Assembly: GCA_963750165.1 (NCBI GenBank)
Contig: CAVVPN010000012.1
Span: 224,001-288,000, forward strand
DNA from: an uncultured Gemmataceae bacterium
Lineage (GTDB): Bacteria > Planctomycetota > Planctomycetia > Gemmatales > Gemmataceae
Length of the DNA stretch: 64,000 nt
Direction: 5' to 3'
Below the pieces are notes generated by a model that saw nothing but the letters and a program-made list of their open reading frames with translations, had not been told where the DNA came from and ran no database searches. Below, piece by piece: positions 1 to 9,057 of the stretch (positions are counted from its first letter, which is position 1; each line of letters starts with the position of its first letter). The translations under genes and the position numbers were made by a program.

Positions 1-1537
1 TGCTGACCTTGCTGCCCGCGATGGTGCGGTTGAGGATGGGGAGCATCGCCGACTTCTGCCGCGGCAGTGACACCTTCTGGTCGATGACATATTGGTGGTA
101 GTCGCCCAGCTCCTCCGCGGTCGCCACCGAGGTGATGCCCTCCTTGAAGTTCATACCGGTCAGCGAGGCGCCGACCTTCCTGGCCTGATCCTTCTTCTTC
201 TCTTGCTCGGCGCGGCGCTGCTGCAACTCCTCGAAGGACAATCGCGACTGGCCGGGCCGGCCGTAGAAGCTTCCGGCCAGCGGCATGTTACCGAGACCAC
301 CCATGCCGCCCATGCCACCCATGCCCATGCCACCCATGCCATACGGGCTTCCGTAATAAGACCCGAACGGGCTCGGTGGGCGACGGTCGGCGGCAGGCCC
401 ACCCAGCGCAGACGGCGTTGGCGGCATCCCTCCAGGCGGCAAACCGCCGATGCCGCCGATGCCGGGCAGACCAAATACCCCGCCGATTGAACCGTCCACA
501 TCCTTCAATTTTGCCACCTTCCCTTCGCTATCCATCGCCCCGGAGTAAACCGGCGGCCGCAGCGACGCGAACAGCTCCGGCTCGACCACCGGCCGCGGCA
601 CGTACAGCGGCGTGTACAGGTCCATCTCAAACGAGATGGGCTGGCCCGAGACGAGGATAACGCGCACGCCCTTCCAGTCGTCGTCGCTGGTGTTCTCGAC
701 CAGCGCCCAGCCCTGCACGAACAGCTTGCCGTCGTCCTGCAGTAGCAGCCGGTAGCTCGTCTTCCAGATCGGCCGCTCCACGACATAGCCGACCTTCACG
801 CGCCGCTTGCCGTTGCCCACGAAATGCAGACTCAGCGTCTTCTTCTGCGTGTCGTGCGCCGACGCCACCACCTGCAGCGCCCGCTCGAACTCCGTCTGCA
901 GCGCCGGGTTCAAAAAGCGCACCGATTCCACCCGCTCCAGCGCCAGGCTCTGCAAGCCCGCGCGGCCCAGCAGGTTCAGCGAATCGACCTCAACGACGCG
1001 GTCCTTGTCGATCTGCTGGAGCTGGGCCTGCACACCGACGATGGTGCCGCTGAGCTTCTCGGTCGGCGCTTCCTTGCGTGGGCGGTAGACGATTTCCACC
1101 TTTTCACCGCGGGCCTGGTTGAGAATCTGGGCGAAGGTGGGGTTGCCGTTCAGGTTGACGGCGAAACTGCGCAGCGTCTTGTCCACGGGGTCGTGGCTGT
1201 CGTAGGTGATGACGCCGACCTTGCCCTTGTCCTGATCCTGCAATACCAGGCTCTTGAGCAGGTCGTTCACCTCGCCGGCGGGGAACGACAGCTCGACGTG
1301 GCTGTTGCCCTGCACGTCCCCCTCGAGTTGGTAGTAGCCGACACCGCTGTTGAACAGCACCACCTGCGTGATCGGCAGCGCCGCGGCCAGCGGTCTGTCG
1401 GCCTTCGGGTCGGCCTGGTTGTTCTTCTCGAACTGGTTGGCGTCAGACGAGGCGTTGTGCCAGACGACCGCGGCGGCCAGGGCGGCGGTGACGGCCAGGA
1501 CCGCGAACGTGAGTCGGCGGCGCGTGTGCGTACGCAT
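1..1537 (-). CDS. DUF4139-like exported protein, runs off the window start
   Basis: Manual translation from ATG 1537 (GGAG upstream): signal-like N-terminus, LPITQVVLFNSGVGYY, VNDLLKSL; same frame at window start reads ELGDYHQYVIDQKVSLPRQKSAMLPI. Absent from the ORF track because the stop lies outside the window. Confidence 0.8.
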   Translation of the reverse strand, partial: MRTHTRRRLTFAVLAVTAALAAAVVWHNASSDANQFEKNNQADPKADRPLAAALPITQVVLFNSGVGYYQLEGDVQGNSHVELSFPAGEVNDLLKSLVLQDQDKGKVGVITYDSHDPVDKTLRSFAVNLNGNPTFAQILNQARGEKVEIVYRPRKEAPTEKLSGTIVGVQAQLQQIDKDRVVEVDSLNLLGRAGLQSLALERVESVRFLNPALQTEFERALQVVASAHDTQKKTLSLHFVGNGKRRVKVGYVVERPIWKTSYRLLLQDDGKLFVQGWALVENTSDDDWKGVRVILVSGQPISFEMDLYTPLYVPRPVVEPELFASLRPPVYSGAMDSEGKVAKLKDVDGSIGGVFGLPGIGGIGGLPPGGMPPTPSALGGPAADRRPPSPFGSYYGSPYGMGGMGMGGMGGMGGLGNMPLAGSFYGRPGQSRLSFEELQQRRAEQEKKKDQARKVGASLTGMNFKEGITSVATAEELGDYHQYVIDQKVSLPRQKSAMLPILNRTIAGSKVS

Positions 1538-2190
1538 ACGGGCTCCTTGCTGGAGGGAGTTGTGAAACACTTCGGCCCCAGTGGCGGCGAGCGGCACCAG
1601 GCTCTTCCGGACGTGCCCGCCTCGGGTTGGGAGTGGGGTTGTCGTCGGTTGATCGTACTCGAAGCCGGCCGCCGTGGGCAATGGCGCGCCGGCGACAAAA
1701 TGGTTCGCCCCGTCTTTCTGCCGCCAGCGGCAGAAAAGCAGGCCGCGCGGGCAGTTTCGTTTCACGGGGGTGAAACGAAATAACCTCCTGGCAGCACAGG
1801 GGGTTGCCGTTTCATTTCACGTTTCTCTCACACCCCGATTGGCCAAACGGCGCCCACCCACGTCGGGCTGTGCCGGCCGGCGCCCGCCGTTGCCGGCCTG
1901 ATGTGCCCGCCCGGGCACGACCGTGCCAGACGGTGTTGTCGGCGGGCGCGCTCGGCGAGGTGCTTGTGAGCTTTGCGTGGCGATGGCGATGCCGGCCTGG
2001 GCTGCGATGGAAGTCTTCCAGAGACAGGCCACCTGGGAAAGCGCTTTCCCGTCGCAGTGGAAGGTGTTAAGGTAGCGGGACGGATAGTTGCCGGCAGCGA
2101 CGCCGCGCCGCCCCGTTGGAGTCATTTCCCAGCTGCCGTGTCGCTTGAAAAGAGCAACCCGCGCACCCGCGGGCCTCGGAGGGAGTGCCG

Positions 2191-2757
2191 ATGAAACCGC
2201 TGTGGCGTCTGCTGCCGTGTACGCTGGTGCTGCTGGCCGCCGGGACCGCGCCGCCGGCCGCTGGTCAGAAGCCGGACGAAGGGACCGTCGTGGAACTGGA
2301 CGGCCTGAAGTCGAAGACGCCAGCGGACTGGCAGAAGCAAAAGCCGGCCAACCGCCTGCGTTCGCACCAGTTCAAGGTGCCGCGGACCAAGGGCGACCCC
2401 GCCGACGCCGAGCTGGCCATCTCGCCGGAGCAGCGCGGCACCTCCGAGCAGAAGGTCCAGGGCTGGAAAGACTGGTTCGAGCCGCCGGCTGGCAAGACGC
2501 TCGATGAGGTCAGCAAGGTGGAGTCCTTCATGGTGGGCGCCGCGAAGGTGACGTACCTGGACGTGTCCGGCACATATCTGAACCTGCCGCGGCCGCTGGC
2601 GCCGAAGAGTCAGGCGAAACCGCTGCCGCACTACCGAATGCTGGCGGTCTACCTGGAGACGAAGGGCGACAAGTTCTTCATCCGCCTGATCGGGCCGGAG
2701 AAAACGGTGGCGCAACAAAAGGCCGCCTTCGACGCCTGGCTGAAGGCGCTCAAGTGA
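2191..2757 (+). CDS. secreted hypothetical protein
   Basis: Signal peptide (MKPLWRLLPCTLVLLAAG), GGAGGGAG RBS, globular coding-like composition. Confidence 0.8.
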   Translation: MKPLWRLLPCTLVLLAAGTAPPAAGQKPDEGTVVELDGLKSKTPADWQKQKPANRLRSHQFKVPRTKGDPADAELAISPEQRGTSEQKVQGWKDWFEPPAGKTLDEVSKVESFMVGAAKVTYLDVSGTYLNLPRPLAPKSQAKPLPHYRMLAVYLETKGDKFFIRLIGPEKTVAQQKAAFDAWLKALK

Positions 2758-2837
2758 AGGGTTTAGCGCGGTTCACGCACGGTTTGCGCACAAGTGACGG
2801 CGGGCACGGGCTGACCTCCAGCGGCCTGCGCTGCCAC

Positions 2838-2893
2838 AGCAAGGGGGCCAAGGAGGCCAAGGGGGCCAACTTTTTCACACGTCGAGATTCGGC
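2838..2893 (+). repeat. dispersed 56-bp repeat, copy 1: (AAGG[G/A]GGCC)x3 + AACTTTTTCACACGTCGAGATTCGGC
   Basis: Matches 60124-60179 with one mismatch. Confidence 0.9.
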
Positions 2894-3275
2894 GCCTGGC
2901 AGCGCCGGCCTGCCGTTCGTGGTCCCCACAACTGCGAACCGCGCGAGAGGGTGGTCGGTGAAAAATCCTTGAGGGGGCCGATATTTAGTCAGGCGTGGTG
3001 CTGGTCGTGGTCAGTTTTTGCGCACACATCCCAGGCGCACGGTGGATTCAGGGAAACGGGTCAAACAAGCACGCAAATCCGGGTGGTGCGCACAATTTGA
3101 CACAGGGGGTGTGCGGTATGGGCTCAAAAGTGACTGGGCCTTGCTGCCGGCCTTGACCAGCCGCGCTACAATTCAGGTGCGTTAGATAAAAAAGGGTAAC
3201 TACCCTACCACTTTTTCCCCCAAATCTGCGCCACGGACTGACAAAATGGACCGAATCTGCATTTTTCGGGAAAGC

Positions 3276-3296
3276 CGGCATGTCAGTTGCTATAAT
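3276..3296 (+). promoter_or_regulatory. sigma-54-type -24/-12 promoter overlapping an extended -10 (TGCTATAAT) upstream of csrA
   Basis: CGGCATGTCAGTTGCT has GG-N10-GC spacing and is close to TGGCACGnnnnTTGCW; TATAAT at 3291-3296. Confidence 0.6.
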
Positions 3297-3394
3297 AGTC
3301 CAGCCATGTAGTCGGGTGCGTTTTAACAATCGCATCCAACTGAACGAGGTATCTCAAACAGACCCTACACGCTTCTCAAACCAAGGAGGGAACG

Positions 3395-3595
3395 ATGCTC
3401 GTCCTCAGCCGCCGGATTGGTGAGACGATCGTGATCAACGGTGACATCCAGGTCAAGGTGCTCTCTGTCCAGGGCAACAAGGTGCGGTTGGGCGTGGTAG
3501 CCCCCGAGAACGTCTCGGTGGACCGCCAGGAAGTTCACGAACGGCGCACTGCCTTCACCGACGACAAATCCCAGGAAGCCTTGCTGAGCAACTGA
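3395..3595 (+). CDS. csrA: carbon storage regulator CsrA/RsmA family
   Basis: MLVLSRRIGETIVI...VRLGVVAPENVSVDRQEV; AAGGAGG RBS. Confidence 0.95.
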   Translation: MLVLSRRIGETIVINGDIQVKVLSVQGNKVRLGVVAPENVSVDRQEVHERRTAFTDDKSQEALLSN

Positions 3596-3613
3596 GCGAT
3601 CGGACATCCTGGT

Positions 3614-3651
3614 CTGGTGCGAAATTGGACGGCTGTTCAATTTCGCACCAG
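3614..3651. terminator. 17-bp stem-loop downstream of csrA, no U-tract
   Basis: CTGGTGCGAAATTGGAC-GGCT-GTTCAATTTCGCACCAG. Confidence 0.45.
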
Positions 3652-4055
3652 TGGGGGGCGACGGTTGTTTTTGCATCGTCGAGGCTTTCCTGGCCGCCGT
3701 GCTCTACCCCAACTTCTTCGCCGAAACCCGGTCGGCGGAGGTGCGCGGTGTAGTCCGGCTGTCGTTCCGACTGCGGTGGCTGCTGCGCTGGAGCACCGTG
3801 GCGGTGATACTCAACCCGCACAAATCAGGCAACGACGTGCTCATGCCCGAGAAACATCCCAACCAATTCGGCCTGCTCACCAACCACTTCAATGACATAA
3901 CCGCGGCGCTGAGCCGCGCCCACTAACTGCGCGAGACCTTCGGCCAGTTCATCAGCCCCGAAGTGCGCGACGAGATCCTGCAGTTCCATCCCGGCCTGGG
4001 CGGCGAGATGCAAGACGTGACGGTGCGGTCCCGGGCTTCGCCGAAACGTTTGTAG
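3651..4055 (+). pseudogene. remnant of a membrane/HAMP class III adenylate/guanylate cyclase
   Basis: NQFGLLTNHFNDITAAL (HAMP helix), in-frame TAA 3924-3926, then LRETFGQFISPEVRDEIL...LGGEMQDVTV; similarity ends before the catalytic core. Confidence 0.65.
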
Positions 4056-4125
4056 TCTATCGCGTGCGGCCGGGTTAGAATGTCTTCCGTGGTGCAGGCG
4101 GCCCGCCTGCACCAGGGAGAACGCC

Positions 4126-5448
4126 ATGAACCCGCGCACGTGCCGGCTGGTAACTCTGGGCTGCAAGGTCAACCAGTACGAAACGCAATACGTCAAGGAG
4201 ACGCTGGAGGCCAGCGGTTACCGCGAGGCGGCGCCGGGCGAGCCGGCGGACCTGTGCGTGCTCAACACCTGCACGGTCACCGCCGAGGGCGACGCCAAGA
4301 GCCGGCAGTGGGTGCGGCGGTTGCACCAGGCAAACCCCAGCGCCGCCATCGTCGTCATGGGCTGCTACGCCACGCGCGACCCCGACGCGGTGTCCCAACT
4401 GCCCGGAGTCACGCGCGTGGTGACGGACAAGGCCCGGCTGCGCGAGGAACTGGCGCCGTTCGGCGTCCAGGAGATGGTGAGCGGCATCCGCCGTTTCGAC
4501 GGCCATCAGCGCGCCTTCGTCAAGGTGCAGGACGGCTGCCTGCTCAACTGCACGTTCTGCATCATCCCGCAGGTGCGGCCGGTGCTGCGCAGCCGGCCGG
4601 CCGCGGAGATCGCCGCCGAGGTGGCGCAGCTGGTCGCGGCGGGGCGGCGCGAAATCGTGCTGACGGGCATCCACCTCGGCCATTACGGCATTGACCTGAG
4701 CCGTGGCCGGCCCCGGATGGAGTGGTGCCGGCTGTGGCACCTGGTCGAACGGCTGGCGACGCTGCCCGGCGAGTTCCGACTGCGGTTGAGCAGCCTGGAG
4801 GCCGCGGAGGTGCGTGACGACCTGATCCGCGTGCTGGCCGAGACGCCGCGGGTGGTGCCGCACTTGCACCTGTGTTTGCAAAGCGGCTCCGACCGTATCC
4901 TGGAGCGCATGCGGCGGCGCTACCGCAGCGGCAGTTTCCTGGAGCGCTGTGCGCGACTGCGGCGGGCGCTGGACCGGCCGGCGTTCAGCACGGACGTGAT
5001 CGTCGGCTTTCCGGGTGAGACCGACGCGGACTTCGAGGCGACGTGCCGGGTGGTGCGCGCGGCCGGTTTCTCGAAAATCCATGTGTTTTCCTGGAGCCCG
5101 CGTCGCGGCACTGCCGCCGCGGAGTACGGCGACCGGGTGCCGCCCGCGGTAACGGACGCGCGCCGCGAGCGCTTGCGCGAACTGGAGCGCGAACTGGCGG
5201 CGGTGTATTATCGTAGTCTGGTGGGCCGGCGGCTGGACGTGCTGGTGGAGGGGGCCGACCCGCAACGGCCGGGGCACGCGCTGGGCACCTCGTGCCGCTA
5301 CGCGCCCGTGTCGTTTGCGGGACACGCGCCGGCGCTGCTGGGCCGGCTGGTGCCGGTGCGGGCGGTGGGCGTCGGCGCCGGCGTGGTGCTCGCGGAGCCG
5401 GAGGCCGAGGTGACCGCCGGGCGCCGCGCGCTGCCCATGATCTCGTAG
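4126..5448 (+). CDS. mtaB: tRNA t6A37 methylthiotransferase MtaB (radical SAM)
   Basis: TLGCKVNQYET, NTCTVT, KVQDGC-CxxxCxxC, LTGIHLG, DVIVGFPGET. Confidence 0.92.
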   Translation: MNPRTCRLVTLGCKVNQYETQYVKETLEASGYREAAPGEPADLCVLNTCTVTAEGDAKSRQWVRRLHQANPSAAIVVMGCYATRDPDAVSQLPGVTRVVTDKARLREELAPFGVQEMVSGIRRFDGHQRAFVKVQDGCLLNCTFCIIPQVRPVLRSRPAAEIAAEVAQLVAAGRREIVLTGIHLGHYGIDLSRGRPRMEWCRLWHLVERLATLPGEFRLRLSSLEAAEVRDDLIRVLAETPRVVPHLHLCLQSGSDRILERMRRRYRSGSFLERCARLRRALDRPAFSTDVIVGFPGETDADFEATCRVVRAAGFSKIHVFSWSPRRGTAAAEYGDRVPPAVTDARRERLRELERELAAVYYRSLVGRRLDVLVEGADPQRPGHALGTSCRYAPVSFAGHAPALLGRLVPVRAVGVGAGVVLAEPEAEVTAGRRALPMIS

Positions 5449-5454
5449 CGCAAC

Positions 5455-5484
5455 CGTAGCACGGCACTGGAGAGCCGTGCTACG
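5455..5484. repeat. REP-like palindrome
   Basis: CGTAGCACGGC-N8-GCCGTGCTACG, perfect 11-bp arms. Confidence 0.8.
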
Positions 5485-5509
5485 AACAACGCAAGTAGAG
5501 GGTCGTGTC

Positions 5510-5875
5510 ATGGAACGGCCGTACAAGCATCTGATCGTGGAGCGGCAGGGCGAAGTGTGGTGTGCTCGCCTGGTGGCGCCGCGGATCGCGGAAGATCAGC
5601 TGGAGGAGCTGGGCGACGAGTTCGCCCAGCTGGTCAACGACGGCTGTTACAAACTGGTGCTGAGCCTGGGACCGCACGGCCCCGAGTGCCTGTACAGCGT
5701 CTTCCTGGCCAAGCTGGTCACGCTGCATCGGCGGCTCCAGGCCAACAGCGGCGCCCTCAGGTTGGCGGAGGTCGGCCCCGAGGCGCGCGACATTTTTGCT
5801 GCCTGTCACCTGGACCAGTTGTTCCATTTCGCCCCGACGACCGCCGCCGCCGTGGCCGCCCTGCAGGCGGGCTGA
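5510..5875 (+). CDS. STAS domain protein (anti-sigma factor antagonist-like)
   Basis: LVLSL...LYSVFLAKLVTLHRRLQ..GALRL..V.P..RDIF...LDQLF pattern, 121 aa. Confidence 0.8.
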   Translation: MERPYKHLIVERQGEVWCARLVAPRIAEDQLEELGDEFAQLVNDGCYKLVLSLGPHGPECLYSVFLAKLVTLHRRLQANSGALRLAEVGPEARDIFAACHLDQLFHFAPTTAAAVAALQAG

Positions 5876-5964
5876 CGCCGCGGCATTGCCCGGCCCACCG
5901 CCGCCTGCTAGCATACCTCCGACGGATCGCTTTCCCTTGCCCGGAGAGTTCACGGAGGAACGCC

Positions 5965-8900
5965 ATGCGCGTGGCCCTGCTGTCCTACAACGCCCGCGTC
6001 GGCGACGCCATCGGCAACCAGGTCGCCGAGAAATTCACCTTCTTCCACGAGCGCGGCGCCGATGTGCGTGCCTTCGTCGAGAACGACCAGGCCCTGCACC
6101 CGCTGCTGCGCGGCCACTACCACGTCTGGCGCGCCCCCGTGCCCGCCGGCGAGCCGTGGGACTTCCTCACTGGCGCGGACCTGATCTGCGTCGAGTTCGG
6201 CCAGCACTACGCCCTGCTGACGCTGTTGCCGCTGCTGGCGGGCGGCCGGCCGCGCGTCCTGGTGGACTATCACGGCGTCACGCCGCCGGCGTTGTGGGGA
6301 CCGTACCCCCACGAAGCGCTGCAGCGCGGCGTGCGGCAGCGCGGCCTGGCGTGGTGCGCCGACGCGGTGCTGGTCCACAGCCGCTACACCCGGCGCGAGC
6401 TGGCCCGCGACCTTGACCTACCCGAGACGCGGCTGCGGCAGCTCGCCTACCCCATTGACACCGAGCTGTTTCAGCCCGGGGCCGTGCAGGTGGACTGGCG
6501 CAAGCAACTCGGGCTGCCCGACGCCCGGCTGCTGCTGTTCGTTGGCCGCGTGGCGGCGAACAAGCGTGTGCCGGTGCTGGTCGAGGCGCTGCACCGCCTG
6601 CGCGATGAGCGGCCCGCCGTGCATGCGCTGGTGGTCGGCGACGCGACCGACGTGTACCACGCCGAGGCGGAGCGCTGCTGGCGGTTGGCGGCGCAGCGGG
6701 GCGTGACGGAGCGGCTGCACTGGCTCGGCCACCAGACGGGCGCGGCCCTGCGCGACGTGTACCGGGCGGCGGACGTGCTGGTGATGCCGTCGTTGTGGGA
6801 GAGCTTTTGCATTCCGGTGGTCGAGGCGATGGCGTGCGGCCTGCCGGTGGTGGCGGCGCGGACGACGGCGCTGCCGGAAACGGTCGGCGCCGCCGGGCTG
6901 ACCTTCGTGCCGGACGACGCCGACGACCTGGCGCGGCAGCTGCGGCGGGTGCTGGATCGTGGGGCAGACATTCCTGTCTGCCAAAGCGCCGGCAGACAGG
7001 AATGCCCGCCCCACGATCAGAAACCCCGCGTCGCCGTCGTCTCGTTCCGTTACGGCACCGACTTCGTCGGCGGCGCCGAGGCGTCGCTGCGCCGCGCCGC
7101 CGAGGCGCTGCACCGCGCCGGCTGCGGCGTCGAGGTGTTCGCGACCTGCACCCGCAGCGCCACCACCTGGGAGAACGAGTTGCCGGAGGGCGACGACCTT
7201 CTGAACGGCGTCCCGGTCCACCGTTTCCGCGTGGCCGCTCACGACCGGGGTCGCCACCATGACACGGTGCGTGCCATCCTGCAAAACGACGGCCGCGTCA
7301 GCCCCGAACTGGAGCGCGATTATCTGCGGCACTCGATCCACTCGGCGGCGCTGCTGGCGGAACTGCGGCGCCGTCGGGATGAGTTCGACGCCATCATCGT
7401 CGGCCCGTACCTGTTCGGCCTGACGCACGACGTGGCCACGGCGTTTCCGGAGAAAACGCTGTTGCTGCCGTGCTTCCACGACGAGCCGTTCATGCGGCTG
7501 TCCGTGTGGCGATCGGCGTATGAAGCCGTCGCCGGTGTGCTCTACCACAGCGCCGAGGAGCAGCACTTCGCCGAGGCCGACCTGGGCTTCAACCATCCCG
7601 GCGCCGCCTGCCTGGGGACGTGCCTTGACGTGGGCCCCAACGCCGCCGCACTCGCCCCGGACGCCGCTGTCGCCGACCTGCCGCGCTACGTCCTCTACTG
7701 CGGCCGCTACTCCGAGCAGAAGGATTTGCCGCTGCTGCTCGACTTCACCCGCCGCTACCACGCCGCAAACCCGGAGCGCTTCACGTTCGTGTTCGTCGGC
7801 CAGGGCGAAATCGCGATCCCGTGCGAGCCGTGGGCGCGCGACCTCGGCTTCGTCACGGAGGAGCGCAAGCGGGCGCTGCTGGCGCACGCGGCGGCGCTGG
7901 TGCAGCTGTCACGGCACGAGTCGCTGTCGCTGGCGGCGCTGGAGGCGTGGGCGCTGGGCACGCCGGTCGTCGGCCGCGGTGCCTGCGCCGTGGTCGCCGG
8001 CCATCTGCGCCGCAGCGGCGCCGGCCGGGCCATCGACAGTTACGACGATTTCGCGGCGGCCCTCGACGACCTGTGGCAACAGCCGGAGCGCTGGCGGGCG
8101 CTGGGCGAGCGCGGCCGGCAGTACGTCCGCCAGGAGTACGCCGCGCTGGAGGCGTACACCGCCCGACTGCTGGCGGCGGTCGCGGACCTGGGTCAGCCAC
8201 TGACGGAGCGCATGCGCCGCCGCGGCCTGGAGCGGGCGGCGACGCTGGGCCGGCCGGAATGGCGGGAACGGTTCGCCCGTCTCGTCGAAGAGCTGCTCGA
8301 CCAGCCACCGCCGTCCTGGGACTTCGCCGCGGAGGTGCGGCCGCGCGGCCGGGTGCGGCGCGTGGGCGCCGGCAGCGCCGCGGCGCTGGTGGCGGTGCGC
8401 GTCCGCAACCGCGGCAGCCAACCGCTGGCCGACGAGGGGCCGGCGCAAACGCTGCTGTGCTGCCGCGTGTATACGCCGGACGGCCGGCTCGTGGAAGCGC
8501 CGGAACTGACGACACCGCTGCCGGCACTGCTGCCGCCAGGCCGGACGCTGGCCGCCGTGGCGGGTGTGCCGGTGCCGCCGACGCCGGGCCATTACCGTGT
8601 TGTCTTCTGGGCGGAGCGTGCTGACCGCCGCGGTGGCGGCGACCCGCGGCTCTCGCTAAAACAGGGGATGCGACTGGTGGTGCGCGGCGGCCGCACCGCG
8701 GCGGCCGACGGCGGCCAGGAACTGACCGACGCCGCCCAGGCGGCACTGGCCGAGGCGCAGCGGCTGCAGCGGCTGCCGGACGATTATGTCGATGTGACCG
8801 AGGGTTTCCTGGCGACCTGGAAGCGGCGCGTCAAGCGCAAGCTGCTCGGCAACTTCAAGCACGCCTACGTGGACGTGCTGTCCCGGCAGCAGACCGCCTT

Positions 8901-9057
8901 CAACCGCCAGCTGGTGACGGCGGTGCAGCAACTGGCCGAGTCGTGCGCCGCCCTGGACCACGCGGTGCGGCTGCTCAACGACCGTCTGACGCGGCTGGAA
9001 CGGCAACAGGTGCCGCCGACGGAACAGCCCCTGGCGGCCGCGGAGAAACGCTCATGA
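5965..9057 (+). CDS. multidomain glycosyltransferase: two GT4 (GT-B) domains, Ig-like domain, coiled coil
   Basis: FVGRVAANK / PSLWESFCIPVVEAMACG and YCGRYSEQK / SRHESLSLAALEAWALG; GGAGG RBS before ATG 5965. Confidence 0.9.
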   Translation: MRVALLSYNARVGDAIGNQVAEKFTFFHERGADVRAFVENDQALHPLLRGHYHVWRAPVPAGEPWDFLTGADLICVEFGQHYALLTLLPLLAGGRPRVLVDYHGVTPPALWGPYPHEALQRGVRQRGLAWCADAVLVHSRYTRRELARDLDLPETRLRQLAYPIDTELFQPGAVQVDWRKQLGLPDARLLLFVGRVAANKRVPVLVEALHRLRDERPAVHALVVGDATDVYHAEAERCWRLAAQRGVTERLHWLGHQTGAALRDVYRAADVLVMPSLWESFCIPVVEAMACGLPVVAARTTALPETVGAAGLTFVPDDADDLARQLRRVLDRGADIPVCQSAGRQECPPHDQKPRVAVVSFRYGTDFVGGAEASLRRAAEALHRAGCGVEVFATCTRSATTWENELPEGDDLLNGVPVHRFRVAAHDRGRHHDTVRAILQNDGRVSPELERDYLRHSIHSAALLAELRRRRDEFDAIIVGPYLFGLTHDVATAFPEKTLLLPCFHDEPFMRLSVWRSAYEAVAGVLYHSAEEQHFAEADLGFNHPGAACLGTCLDVGPNAAALAPDAAVADLPRYVLYCGRYSEQKDLPLLLDFTRRYHAANPERFTFVFVGQGEIAIPCEPWARDLGFVTEERKRALLAHAAALVQLSRHESLSLAALEAWALGTPVVGRGACAVVAGHLRRSGAGRAIDSYDDFAAALDDLWQQPERWRALGERGRQYVRQEYAALEAYTARLLAAVADLGQPLTERMRRRGLERAATLGRPEWRERFARLVEELLDQPPPSWDFAAEVRPRGRVRRVGAGSAAALVAVRVRNRGSQPLADEGPAQTLLCCRVYTPDGRLVEAPELTTPLPALLPPGRTLAAVAGVPVPPTPGHYRVVFWAERADRRGGGDPRLSLKQGMRLVVRGGRTAAADGGQELTDAAQAALAEAQRLQRLPDDYVDVTEGFLATWKRRVKRKLLGNFKHAYVDVLSRQQTAFNRQLVTAVQQLAESCAALDHAVRLLNDRLTRLERQQVPPTEQPLAAAEKRS
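6955..7018. repeat. palindromic element inserted in frame in the glycosyltransferase
   Basis: 28-bp arms GATCGTGGGGCAGACATTCCTGTCTGCC / GGCAGACAGGAATGCCCGCCCCACGATC (2 mismatches). Confidence 0.88.

Noticed and set aside
1950..2180. Possible cobalamin riboswitch (GCCAC..GGGAA fragments)
   Set aside because: The other conserved blocks are missing or out of order on both strands, and no B12-related gene is adjacent.
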